From Fimbriosthenelais zetlandica (lineage: Eukaryota), in NCBI GenBank assembly GCA_977030845.1, contig OZ365111.1, forward strand, positions 21,390,001 through 21,454,000: a stretch of 64,000 bases of DNA. The letters run 5' to 3'. Shown here piece after piece: positions 1 through 13,600 of this stretch (position 1 is the first letter of the stretch; the number at the start of each line of letters is the position of its first letter). The position numbers were made by a program, and so were the translations under genes. The notes under the pieces were generated by a model. The model was not told the origin of the DNA. It saw nothing but the letters and a program-made list of their open reading frames with translations, and did not search any database.

Positions 1-3000
1 AGTCATCATATATCGTGTATATAAAATGTTTTAATGACTGCCTTTGCCAAGGAAGCACCTCAAATGTCTATGAGTAACAGGATACCTCATGCTTTGTTTC
101 GCAAAGAAAATGTGCCTTCCATGGATGTCCTTAGTGAAAACTTGTAGATGGGGAAATTTATGGGTGGTTTCAAATCTCCTTTTATCATTTGTACTTCTTG
201 CTGGTATGAAGTTGTTAGATATTCGACTTTATGTTCATTAAATATTGATGTAATGTTGAACAATTCTTCCAGCTTTCAATATATTTGCAGTGGACAAAAT
301 CTATAGATATTCTTTACTGTTATTGGACGAGGAACCCTAGGCTTCGAAAGAACATAATAAATGGGGTACTCTGCAGGTACAGCCTGTACAGGCATAGAGA
401 TGAAGCTGTAATGCCATTATCCAGGTGTAAGGGCCCTGATGCTAACAGCTTCCATACTTCTGGGATTACTTTGTTGCGGGGAACAGGGATAAGATAATGC
501 CAGCATTAAAAGGCTACACATACTTGTACCATTCCCTTGGCAACTGATTTCCACTTAGGTTTATAGAAATCCTCCCCTTTCCTGCTATTAATAGCGTATA
601 CCGAACATATAATGCCAATATAAACATTCACATGGGAACATAAAATAATAGGTCTTCACTCTTATTGAATTTCAGTGGGGTTAGAAACCACCCTTTCTAC
701 TTTAGCCTATACTTTGATATTCCTTAGAAAACATGAATACTTGAATCCAGAAAATAAGCCCCATTTCTCTGCCCTACTAACAACTCTAGAAAAATTCACC
801 CAAAATTCAGTACGACCAGTAGCCAGACTGCAATTTGGCCACGTACATCATCATTTTAAATCCATTTAGGCATTATATTGTGAACTGACAAGCACTAAAG
901 TGATGCAAAATGAGTTGTGACAGGCAATTGGCTAAAGATGGGACAAGGTGGATTATGATTGACCTCTCCTTATCTAGGTTGTTTCCTTAATCACAGACGT
1001 ATAATAGTGCCTCATGCTTGAATCAACACAATAAAGTCGTTCGGAAAAGCCTGTCAATCCTATAAAGATATTCATCTGGGCCTAACGTTATAATATGATT
1101 ATACCTATTAGAATGTAGAATCTTGCTTTTGCACATGCCCAGCTGTGTTCATACATAAGATGATATAATGGAACACAAAGCAAACCATATAACAGATGCT
1201 AATACGGATTTTTAGTATTTAAAACAAATTTCCAGAAAAATCGTTGAAAGCTATGTTAACCCCTATACAACTACAAGTACTACAACAAAGTTCCATACAA
1301 ACGCGTTCCAAACCCTATTGTATAGCCTTAGATTATACAATGAAACAACCACAAAATCGACCCAATTATAAACCGTAAATTTCGTCTTTAAAATAGCAGC
1401 CCAGAATCCACGACATTCCTTATCTGTTAGAGCTATTTCTAAAGAAAGATGGACTACATTTGCTCATATATATTTAGCATCGACTAATATCGCACATCTT
1501 CGTCATGAAAGGGGCCCCAGTTCAGAGAATGGGAAACTCAGTAGCCTGCGGGGAAGGAACCTCCATGCAGTCTTCGGAATTAGCAAGCTTGATTAAATTC
1601 AGATTACTTTGAAATAAATAATCTCAAGCAGGAACTCAAACTAAAACGATGAATCATCGTCAATGCAAAGTCCCTATTGAACAGACGCTCGTCTTGGAGT
1701 GAAGTGTTCATAGATTTCATCTCGCACAGGAATGAAATAGATTTGTTGGCGCTGTAGCAGACTGAGTGGATTCTGACGGTTTTTACGTCTTCAACAGCAT
1801 CTAATATTATGCCTTTCATTACAGATAAATTGGTACATATGGATATCCTATTACTAAATCTTATTACTTTTATGTATTTCAAATTATGAAAGAGATTAAG
1901 GTATAGTAGGCTATAGACGAGATATGATTACACATATGATCACATAGACACATTTCTCTGACTGTGTGTCTATTCTATGATGTATAGGACCTAATCCTTT
2001 CACTGCAAAATAGTTCTTTAAAGTTCATCATAGTATTTGGCCATGTAGAACATCGACAACAAAGCACAAAAAGAGCTTCTCACTGCTTTGCAACTGATAT
2101 GGCATAAAGGAAAGATGTAAGGTACAAGTAATATCCCACTATGTATTGGCGCTAAATGAAGAAGCGGGGAAAAGGACATCACAACCTTCTGTCAGCTAGG
2201 ACTAAATTGCCAAAGTGCATTTACATCCGTTGCACGGATGGTTTGATTCACTTACAGGCAGTGGGCGAATGGATCAGACTGTAAATGATGGCAAGGTTAC
2301 ATGAATGGAGGTGCACTGTCAGTGTGCACGGAGGAGGAAAGGTATAGAGAGACGAACAGGGGGTACATGTTACAGATCTAGATGGAAAGAAAAAGCAAAA
2401 GCCCCACAGAAAGCGGGATTCAACTCAGTTTACCATTGCAAAAGAATTACACAAAAGCAAACAATGTTGAAAGTAGTCTCCCATAATATTTTCATTTCAG
2501 AGATCTCACAGATGGCAGATAGATTTCTGTCCGAGATGTATACTGGCAAGCTGAATTAAAATATCACAATCTTCTAAAATATCACAATCTGCTAACGTAT
2601 TTAAGTATTCAATCCGGAGAAATACTTGCCATCCTATAAGACACACTTAGAATTGAAATAGTCACATTAACTGAAATCTATCCTCGTTCAGAGCAATCTT
2701 CAGGAACTCGGGACACGTTGAAACTGTCAGAAACATCCATACCAATACACAGGAGATTCCCTTATCAGTGTTCAGACAACCATGACAGCACAATACTGAG
2801 ACTAAACAAGTGAAACATATTCTACAGGGACCCCTCTCCTTAGACTGCACAACAGTGCTTTAGTCGCTACAAAACTATCTTTCTTTGAATAATGCAAAAA
2901 ATAAACCTGCTAATGTACGATGCATTTGGAGAAGACATTCGATCGAAGTCCCTTTACATATCCACATGGGACTAAAGACAGAGACTGGTACGGTTGGCAG

Positions 3001-5939
3001 AGCCAGAACAGAAGATATTCATGTTTGGAGTTTTATAATAGAGATTTGGATAGAAATTAGGATGAGCGTAGGGGAAAATGTAACGTAGAAACATCCCATG
3101 TCCCATGCATTTCAGGAGGAATCGTTCAGGATAAATCGTTCATCCTTCATTCAGCCAATATATATCATGTTTTGCCTATTTGAAAAGATGAGTAAATGTA
3201 CCAGACATTTTTTTACAAAACGAAATAGTTGAAGCACGAAATTCCACAAAATCCCAACTGGTTGTCATCTGAAACTAGCTGATGAATAGGCCATCATCAA
3301 AGCAAACGACACGGCCAAAGCATTAACGATAAGAGCAAAATAAGGATTTTACAAAGTAAAGATGCCTTTAATGTTCCATCTTATTTTCTTCAATCCATGG
3401 GGCGTCATCAAAAGTGGCCAGGTGGTGCTGTTACCTTCAGATACATTAGGTTTGTCTTAAAACCTTCCAGCCATATGCAGCAAAGTTGCTTAAAAACAAT
3501 GACAATTATTTGATTACTCAGATAATGGAACTAGATGACAGCAATGGATCTTTCCTGTCAGTGGAGAAAAAGAGTAAAATCAGAAGCATTTGAGAAAGAA
3601 GCCCACTTCGAGAAAGTTTTCCCTCAAAAGGCGAGCGGGAGAAAATCCTCTACTTGCGAGGCAGCTTTTATAAAATGCTGACCGGGGTATTTTTCAAAAA
3701 ATGTTTTTATCTTGCTGCCTGTGAAAGCGAACCACAAGAAAATTTTAATTAAAGACTGTGGTTCATTCTTATACGGCATTTTATGTTTGAAGGTATAAAA
3801 GGATGGTAAATAGTTCAGAACAGTGTTCGGTCAAAATATCTATCATTCATGTGTTTGCTGTAGAAAATGAAATGGTGTCCTTTGAAGTTGATGAACATTA
3901 AAGTTTTCATTGAGGACTATTTAGAATAATAAAACTTAATGCTTTTTTGTTGCGATCCCGTTTTGTAAGCCCACAAAAACCAATAGAATTGAAATTCAAA
4001 CTGCATGTATTGCTGATTACAACCATGTAGTTCTGATCAGATTCTGATCTGTCGCAAGCTCTAGCATGCCCGATGCGAGGTCTCGAGAAAGCCAACAAAC
4101 CTGATTCAAAAAACAAGCCTTGCAAAGAATGATGCCCAATAGAGCCTTCTATATTAATGAATATAGTCAGATTCTAAGTGTTGGACGGAGCCATACTAAA
4201 GTGTTGACTGACGTGGAGAATCCAATAAGCAGAACCACTCACTTTATGTGAAGACAGACCCCGTGAGATGTCAGGGGTAGAGATACTTCTCTCACTGTAA
4301 CCATGGTTTTCTATACGTACGGGTGAAGGGGTAAAAGCCTCCCCCTACAACTCTAACTATCTCTGACAGGGTGTTATTCTAGCAAGCATGGAGGCCCAAC
4401 TAAAAGCCCCTGCTCTTTTTTCTTGCCCAACTCTATTTGGAAATCGTAATGTCTCTTGTTTACCTATAGTTATACATGTACTGCGCTATGGACTGGATTT
4501 CTTATCAATTTGAAACTTATGCATATTGTGGCATATGGTTGCCAGTGGCAGGCTCTAGGATAATAATGGGTGCCGCCCAAAAGTTACAAATCCAAATATT
4601 CGAATGTAATTGTCTCCAAATCGCACCATATTTGTGTAGTACGAACTGCATGGCCTCCCACAATATGAAAGCAAGAGCATATATACGGCTTTTAGGTATC
4701 GCAAGACATCAAGACATCAATTCCAGTTGGATGAAATGTAACAAAGCAATCCTTGCGCCTTATTGATTAAAGGACATCAGGGACAAAGAATCTGGAAATG
4801 GGACAGGAAGTTCAATGCCGTCTGCCAGAATTTCTATTCTGAATGACATACATATTTTTACATGTTTGAATGCTCTATTTTACAGGAAATGATGGAGCAA
4901 TTAGCTATGACACTGTCGAAGGGGCCATGTCCACTAATCGGTCATTGCAAGGTTGACTGGAATCAATTGATGGCCTAGTGATTGGACGTATGTCTTGCAT
5001 CCTACAGCCAAGAGAAATGGTCCCTATAAATACCGGCTGAATCAAATCAAAGGAGGAGAGACTCACTTAAGAATGGGAACAGGCGTATGTCAAGAAAAGC
5101 GCATGGACATCGGACCTAAGACAGAAGAGTGAGGAATAAGAATGGACCAGGGGTAGTCCAAGTATGATGGGGAAGAGAGATAGGTGAGGAAAGGGACGAT
5201 ATAGGACATGATGATATGGGTGATCAAAGCCTTTGTGCAGGTCTACATGGCTTCTGTCCAGGGACCTGTTTGGACCTGATCCTGCACGCCATCGGTGTAG
5301 CTTGGCTTGTCAGTGATCGTGCTGACAGACTGTGCGACACGAATGAGTATGAATCTCCACATGATGAGCTTCAAGCCAAGCTAATACAGGGCTATCAGAG
5401 GGCCAATCCCACCACCCGCCAACAGACTATACTCCCACCAGAATGCAATGGGATGACATGCTTGAACGAGGAAAATGTATCTGGAATCTGGCATGATGGG
5501 TTCTGTGATTGAAATAAAACCTTAAAGAACCAACTTAACATTGAGTCTGGGAAGGAATTTCGTAATAACACTATTTTAAGAGAAATGAGGAATTGAGAAA
5601 CCTAAATGTCCAACACTGATGCCAATATCCATTATGTAAGTTACTTCAGGCATTTCTTCAGAGACAAATTAACGGTTTCCACTATTTAGTTAGCATTGGA
5701 AAGCTACCTTGATAGAACTTTCGACGATTTATTTAGCGCTGGAAAGCTACCTTGGCGGAAGCATGGCACATCTGCCATTGCTGCATGTATGTTACAATTT
5801 GCCTTCTTAACCAGGCCCGTTCTTACCACTGGATCATCTTTCTTCGCCACTTCACAGCACAAACTACATACAACCTCCCATGCAGTCTGGGCCTCCCACA
5901 ATTGGATTCCCACCCTCCCCTCTGCTTTATTTGCCTGCC

Positions 5940-6100
5940 ACTAGGCGTCGGAAATCACGTGACAAATTAAATCAGGATCACGTGATTGTGGGATCATGGG
6001 CCATGCAGACTTCCGCTTCCGTTTTGTCACTTCCTTTATTCCCGCAACATACAGTGCTTTTTTCCTCAACATGTAGAGGTGGCAGCGCTGGGAAAATCCC
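5940..6100. promoter_or_regulatory. Promoter-like island with two TCACGTGA E-boxes and a tandem ETS/GABP-type motif
   Basis: TCACGTGA at 5955-5962 and 5978-5985, ACTTCCGCTTCCG at 6009-6021, GTCACTTCC nearby, and local CpG enrichment. Confidence 0.55.
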
Positions 6101-9100
6101 CAGGGAGGATGTACGGTACAGAGCGAAAAACAATCCTCCACTCAGGCAAGACCAGGTGGCAAATGTGACAATGTATAAATGTACAGACGAGGAGTTGGAA
6201 AAAGAGGACGCTTTACCAGCTCTAGTTTTACTGAATGAATATTATGCTGATCCAATTTACAGATTTCCATGTGTTAGAGTAATATGATGTCGCTGTTTTC
6301 GTGCAAGCAACACCCAAAAGTTTCTGTTCAATGCTACAGTTTCTTACACGAATAGCCACTTTGCCAGACATGTTCCAGTGTCTTTGGTGGGACAGTACAA
6401 GTTTGCCATTTAAACGGAGAACAGTATAGAGCTCAGAGTCATAGGCCTTACTGCAATCAACAAACTCAGATATTCATTTTACATTTCTTATTGATCAATG
6501 GTTCCAATAGTAATATTACACAGCCGATTGATCAATCGTATTTCCCTCGAGTTTCAACAATTAAGAAGAACCTTCATTTTGATTTGATTCCTTTTCCATT
6601 TTTCCCAGTTTGAATTGCCCCTTGAGGTATCAATTATTACCAGTGCAGGCCCTGCCATGTCTTTTTCCCGCATGCAATCATGCTGTCCCTCAAGATCCAT
6701 TATCTTCCTTAATGTAACCAACAAGCCTCTCTCTCCGAAGAAAATTAATGTCAATCTGACAGATGTGGTTATCATATTCTTTGCCTTGAACTCCATCTTG
6801 ATCTCGGACTATATTCCTACCACTATTAATGGAGCCTTTAAGGTTTTCAATTAAGGGCTGGATTATTCCATGCAGAGCGTTTCAGCCGCCTTCTGCAATG
6901 AAATATTTCATTCCGCAGGTGAGCCCAAGGCTGGGGCTGCTTTGCAAAACTGCAGAGGATTTAGCATGTGCGATGGTTTGTGGGAAAACAAGCCCAAGGT
7001 CATCAGTGAAATTAGTCCCTGGGGCAGAGCCCCGACAAGTTTGTCAATGAACCGGCGTGAGCTAACTCCGCCGGGGAGGGCACGTGATAATATGTGAACT
7101 TGCATGTCAGTAAATGGGAAGTGGTTTTAAAATTTCCCGGCAAGAAAGGTGTGGCGTGAAAGGTGTGCAATGCTCTTGCAACTTGCCAGAAGATGGCTGC
7201 CAGAAGGCCACACATTTCCAGAGAAAATGACATTTCTCACCATCAGGACAGAATCCTGGTTAAATTGGACATAATCTAAATCTTTAATAAATTTCATCCA
7301 AAGATTGGAAGAAAGTTCAATGTCTACTCTCAAATCATTGAATGGGTGAAATTGCAGAGGGTTCATGTATGGAAAGTGCTTCACTGGAGTTTTCCCCCCA
7401 TGGCATAATTAAGTGCTCGTTGGACCTCACAAGACAGCCACAGAGGCTAGCCGCAAGAACATCGCTCACAAGGCCAAAGAACCCCATGCAGTGGATCTCC
7501 GTTATAACATCATGATCACCCGGAGGACCATTTTTGCTGGAGTGCCCGATATTGTGGTAAACCCCAACCACTGATTGCTTTTCCATCCTCGGGTGATCCT
7601 TATTTACGCCAACCAGCTTGTTCCCATCACTCAAATGAGCTGGAGATATTTAGAGAAATTCCTCCACACATTCATATCCATGAAAGTGTGTCCTGATTAG
7701 CCTGGGTGTCCTTTGTTGTACATTGCCTGTGTTAATCACTGTAGCGGGCGGCTAATAGGCCTTCTTGGGAGGCGGTGGGAGTGGGGTAATCTATGACCAA
7801 TAATAGAGGCATCCCATCCCGTACGCTCCACATCTGAGCAATCATGCAGGAGACATCTGAATGCTAATATCCTTAATAAATTCTTAATATACTGAGGGAA
7901 CACACGTATTCGGGATTAACCTTTTCCTGGAGACTTTAAGCTGAGCAGAATTCCTTAATATAAGTTTGGATTTCAGTCAAACTCAGGGAAATTATTTATC
8001 TGTGGATTTTATAAGTACCCAGATATATGCTGCTGAACAAATGTAATGAATAGTTAAGTATTGTGTTGCGCAATTAGAATATCAAAACTGTTAGTATTAA
8101 AACTGTTAGTGATCATTTTCAAATTATTTCCAGTCATACAGTAAATGATATCCCCATGGGCCGATGAGGAGTTTCTCAACTAGACACTGACGCTGAACAT
8201 GCAACAAGGATTTGTGACTGAATGAGGAGCTTCCCCCAAACAAACAAGGCTGAAGCTGTAAGTATGCTGAAGAGCAAGGAGAGCATGAAATCACGGAAGA
8301 CATAATGGACCAGGATTAGAGGAGAGGGCCTTGGAGACAACAGCCAGGTCAGTGCCCTTACTGTCTAAGCCAAGTCCCATTCAATATCATTAAGAGTTGA
8401 ATGAGTCCAAACTGCTTAAGGCCGTGTTGTGGGGTGACATTTACAATCGGCTTTCGCTATCGACAATGCAACTGGAACCACAAGCATGAATCTTTATCAA
8501 GGCAGTTTGACAGGGCATATTCAAAACCCATTTAAATTTAGGCGCCAGAGTGCATCCATTTTCTCAAGGGATGGAGGAGATGCCACATGAAACAAAGATT
8601 GGAGCAGCGGTGATATATGCCACCTAAAGTGTTGGAAGGCCAGACTTTAACCTCTAGGGAATGTCTTCTCTAACGTAAAGCCACCATTAATTGAGTATTT
8701 ATCCATCTGTTCTGGGTCTTGCTGGCATGGGAACAAAAACTATATCAGATATCTAAAATCTGTGCATGGAGACATTGATATGAAAGGATTTTCGTTCCTC
8801 TTTGCGTTCATGTTAGAGAAGAACATTTTATTTGGTGGCAATTTCCGTGCAATTGTCGCAGCCTTTGTGACATATAATATGCATGCATGCTTGTACTGAT
8901 TGATAGCTGTTGCTTTAGTTTGGTGGTGAGTGAGGACCCTTAAAAAATATCTGTAAAAAATGAATAATTATGGCTTTAATTAAGGAGAAATATCCTTTCA
9001 ACTTGGCAAGTAAAGACCGAATAGGTAATTATCAAGTTTCTCAAGTCAGTGTAGTTTAGTTATTCCCCATGGGAGCAATCTGGGAGCAATCTCAGAAAAA

Positions 9101-11599
9101 CAGAAGCAAAATGGCAACATTTCCCTCCATCATAGTAATTTAATTCAGGATTTTCAAAGGGAGATTGAATTTTAAATCACTAGGACACCTGATGCCAGAG
9201 GGATGACATGCTTTGAAACGGTTCAAAGTAATCCTAAAATATGCAAAACAGTTTGGCAGACGGATTAGTTGATCTTCGTGGAGTTCTTTTTTTTATCAAA
9301 AATTGGAAAATAACTATTTTAGTTGATCATTATTGATTAAAACAGTACATTTTCCTCTTGCAAATATTTCTCTTTCGAAAGTATCAAGTGAATAGACATA
9401 GTCCGAGTACTGTAGAATATGATAGACTTTAAAAGAATTCTCAAAAACAATATATCATCAGGAAGGCAATTACAGTTGTAATTGGAATCGGACCACATTT
9501 GTCGACGATACGCATTTGTTATTGAATGAATGAGTCGAGTAAGCAACTTAGAAATAATGAAATCCAGACAAGACTAGAAATGGGAATGGTAGTCGGCTTA
9601 TGAGTGACTCAATGTCTGAATTGCATGAGGACAACCAGCTTAGGGATAAGCCTGGTGAGCATGAATGCCATGGATGAAGATGGGAAAGAAGTGGCAAAGG
9701 AAATTATGGGGACCTTTGGTGAGCACCTCTCTCTAATGCTACCCTAAATAGTCATTGGCGCAATCAGGTGCAAGAGGCAGTAAAGATTCGGTAAAACAAA
9801 ACACACTGTACGAGCAAAGTCCCTCAATTTTATGGTTAAGAAACATTCCCCATAATGTCAAATAACTCTACATTTATGACCGATTACCCAGACCATGCCA
9901 TTAATGCTGACATGACCGTAATAGTTATTCGATGATGAAGTGTCTCCGTGGAGTGGAAAAATCTATTGCAATATCTTCCAGATGCCAGGCTCTACAAGAG
10001 CAAATAAAAGAAACCATCGGAAGCGATGGGGGGAAAAAGTCAGCCATTCCCATAGCCACTAGATCCAACTTCGGTCGAGTCGGAAGACTGGCAAAAACAC
10101 AACCCACAATGGATGAGTGGAGACTGACAGGAACTTAGCGAGGCGTAGTATATCAGCAGAATGTAAAAAATAATCGCTGTTCGGCAAGACCAAGGACTGG
10201 ACCTCGTTGTGCAAAGCAGTTCGAGAAATTCCCAAGAATAAGAAGTCTCCAAATGAGATGTTATGAACCACAATGGTGCTTCAAGTTTCTATTTCCAAAG
10301 GCAAGAGTTGCAGTTAAGAATTTCGCATTGGTGGCAGTATTAGTTTTGAGTGTTCCAACAACTTTAATCTGCGCTCAGTGCTACTTTTCCAATATGATGG
10401 ATGATTATGTCAATAGGCAAGAGAGTGGTATACAGGAACTTGGTACGGTCCCTTATACTCCTGACTGGACACTATTTGTTAAGCTCCTCTCAACCCATGC
10501 ATCCTTTCGGAAGGCCTATCTTTGCCGATAGATTACAAGCAGTTTCGAGACGACGACTAGCTCTTTCGAAACATGTTGGTCAAGAAGTTGAAGGAAATTG
10601 CATAACGCAGTGGAAAGTTTTTCAAAGATGAGAATAAGACTGAACACATACTAAGGCCCAGAGGAGTACAGCTTGATCTGCAAAATCTTTGAACAGTATC
10701 CAGCAATATGTGAACTAGTACTGAACTAGTTTGTATATATAGTATATATGGACGAGAAATCATCCTTGAATCTGTTTAATAAGACATCTCTGGCCTTGTA
10801 AAAAAAACCTTCCATTGGATGCTGAATGATGATATGCCTCACTGGTGGAAGCAAGAAGAGGAATGATCTACCTTTTCAGGAACACAAATGACTTGAAAAG
10901 ATCAGCAGAAGGCAACGACAAATTACAGCAACCTTTGTAATATATGTAAGAAATATATCTCAAGTAACTAGAACTAGGGCAACTAGAAAGCGCAACAAAC
11001 CTACGTTTCACTGCCCATGCAGAAGCAGAAGCCCCTCATAATACAAGTGTTCCCTGGCCTCAGGCGTCCACATAGCAGTGCACTGTTCGCTTTCACAAAG
11101 TCCATAGAAAAGCCTGGGCGGAGGATCGCAATGTGGACACATTGCCAGCGAAGGTCAATCCTGAGGGCATTTTGTTACATTCAGGGCCATTTGGTGGGAA
11201 TCTGAGGGCACTTTGCTCACTAGGAGCCGAGGGGGCAATAAATCAAGCAAGAAAGGAAGCAGAAAAGACACAATCTTACAAATAAAGCAATCAGCAGGGG
11301 GATGAAGCCAGAAGTGCATAAGGTGGGATCTTTTGACTAGAATAGTCCAGCTTGTTATATGAAAGGGGCTATATATGAAGGCGTATAACAATAGTCTGTC
11401 CCGGATAGATTGGAACGAATCTGCTGGGATTCTGACTCAGGGGAGAGGGCCTTTTATTCCTTTGCCAAAAAAACATTTTATGCTGAACATTGGTTCCTGA
11501 GTTTGGTCCAGTCTTTCATCCTGAAAATGGTCTCATGAGATGTAAAATGTGTGATTTTACATGGACATGTAAAATATCTAGACATAATGTTTTTGTTTT

Positions 11600-11685
11600 A
11601 CTCACGTAACCTGAACTGACCCATCAAAGGCAGAATACTTACCTGAAAAAGATGAAAGCGAAAATCAGAAAAAAAATTAAATAAT
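11600..11685 (-). promoter_or_regulatory. Recursive splice site (AG|GT ratchet point at 11643/11642) with 37-nt cryptic RS-exon 11606-11642
   Basis: The minus strand reads ...atttaatttttttctgattttcgctttcatctttttcag|GTAAGTATTCTGCCTTTGATGGGTCAGTTCAGGTTAC|gtgagt. It has a long pyrimidine tract, a perfect regenerated donor and a downstream GTGAGT donor. Confidence 0.7.
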
Positions 11686-13249
11686 TTATTCGTTATACAA
11701 ACAACACCTTTCCTAAAATACCAGTAAATTAACAAAAGCATTATGAACAAATAACTGACACATGAATTTGGCTATGTTTTCTGCTATACCGGTATAATTT
11801 TGTACCCATTGTTGGGTCTCTTTGGTGTATTTTAATAAAATACATCCCCAGTTGATGAAAAGATATTCGCTTATCTGATACATATATATATAAACAGGTG
11901 GACAGACAAATGAATATGGCAGAAGCTTTCAGAAAAATGAAATATAATAGCAATCTGAACAGACGAGAAGACGCGTCGATGTACACATGAATATGATAAT
12001 CCATGTAATCCCTTACAAAATCTAACAAGTGGATTAGAGGAACCAGATGGTGGGATTTATGTCAGAATGAAAGAGTGGGTTGTTCATAGGACATAAGAAC
12101 AATTCGAGAGAAAGCGCATGATAGAATATGAAGCACGCTGTGGTATAATAATTGCCAAATTAGCTTACATAGAAACACCAACAAATGTAAAACCAGCAAA
12201 GAAATTATTTTTGTATTGTATATATTTATAATGTAAATGAAGCAATAATTTCATGTAATCTTTAGCAGTTCGAAGATTCAGTCTCGCATTAATTTCCCTC
12301 ATTTATATTAATTTCCATCGCGTTAGGCACTGTATTTAGTTTCCCACATTTGCTCCCACACTGCGGTCTCTCAACAAAAGACTGCGATTCCCTCTAACAC
12401 TGTGCCTGGGAATAGCTTCCCCTGCATGTGGATCATGGAAATGCATCACATCACTATGGCAACAGTGAAATCTATCAGGATCTTCTGTCATGGAAATTAG
12501 GAGCATTCCCACTGGTGGAGTCAGTCTGAAAGGAATCCGGTGGGAAGAAGCGGGCGAATATAATTGAATTTTATCCGTGGGATGTGCATCAGGCATTTAC
12601 ATCGACAGATATAGAATAGCAGAAATGATTGCCCCTCGCCGAGGACGAAAATCTATGGTAGCTCATGGGACAGATCAAAATGGAGTCGTGTCTCCGGAAA
12701 ATGGCTCCGCATTTGATTGGAGAAGGCTGGTGTTTGGCAAGGCGTAATTAAATCAATCTTTATTCCGTGACAGCCAAGAGGATGTCTAACAGGATGACAA
12801 GCAGAGAATCAGGCTGTGATTGAAATCAATCATTTTAGTTTAAACTAAGTATGTGATGGTGATGGGTAGGGGGTGGAGGGATTCCAATTTTAACACCATC
12901 CACCACTGAAAGCAACGGGCTAAAACCTTGACATAACAAATTCATCGAGAAATATCAATCACTGCCTGTCAGGCAGAGAGATGAAGTGTTTCTTTAAAAC
13001 ATCATCTAGGAATAAAAGTGTGGATTTTGTGGTCGATTTTTACGTGTTGCAGTATTAGATGGCCACTTCAATTGCCCATAGAGAAAGACTGATGCATCCC
13101 ATCAAATGTAACTGAAATGTAACATTACATTTAAAGTTTCAATGCATGGAACATCATGGAAGATTCATTCACATGAGACATATATAGTCCTAAATCCATT
13201 TTACATGCCGGGAAGACTAAACCGGAGCCACCTGCAGGTGTTTGAGCTA

Positions 13250-13600
13250 AGCATTTTTATTGAAGACCAAGAGTAACCAATCATCCGCCAACACCTGCTT
13301 GAAGCTTCTTTTTTCTGCATCTTTCATCCCAAGGATACATAAACAGAAATCAGATTCATCATTGTTAAACTTCTTAATTCTTGAATCCATCAAATGTAGC
13401 ACATCCGTCAAAGTCACATCTTCATCGCCGCATGGAAAGATGAGGTATCTCCGGCATGCAGTTTGTCACCAAGGCGTTTCTCGGAAGGAATCCTGTCAAG
13501 ATTATGGTCGGATGAAGTCATCAAAACCCAGTGCCTGTGAGGCCTCAATCAAACACCAAAATCAACATCTCCGGGGCCGTTGCATCAGAAAGCACATCAA
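13250..13600 (-). pseudogene. Decayed protein-like reading frame of unknown origin
   Basis: A 72-codon stop-free stretch (QTACRRYLIFPCGDEDVTLTDVLHLMDSRIKKFNNDESDFCLCILGMKDAEKRSFKQVLADDWLLLVFNKNA) is preceded in the same frame by protein-like text broken by stops. Confidence 0.2.

Noticed and set aside
6550-7650. Possible DIRS RT/RNase H remnant on the minus strand (QWLGFT..., ...VIFSG)
   Set aside because: The motifs are too degenerate, and part of the region (cagtggatctccgttataac at about 7490) looks instead like a pogo-type MITE terminus.
11635-11645. ATACTTACCTG on the plus strand (also at 32455-32465) equals the 5' end of U1 snRNA
   Set aside because: The following sequence is A-rich, not the U1 body (GCAGGGGAGATACC...). 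It is the complement of a perfect donor on the minus strand, not a U1 gene.
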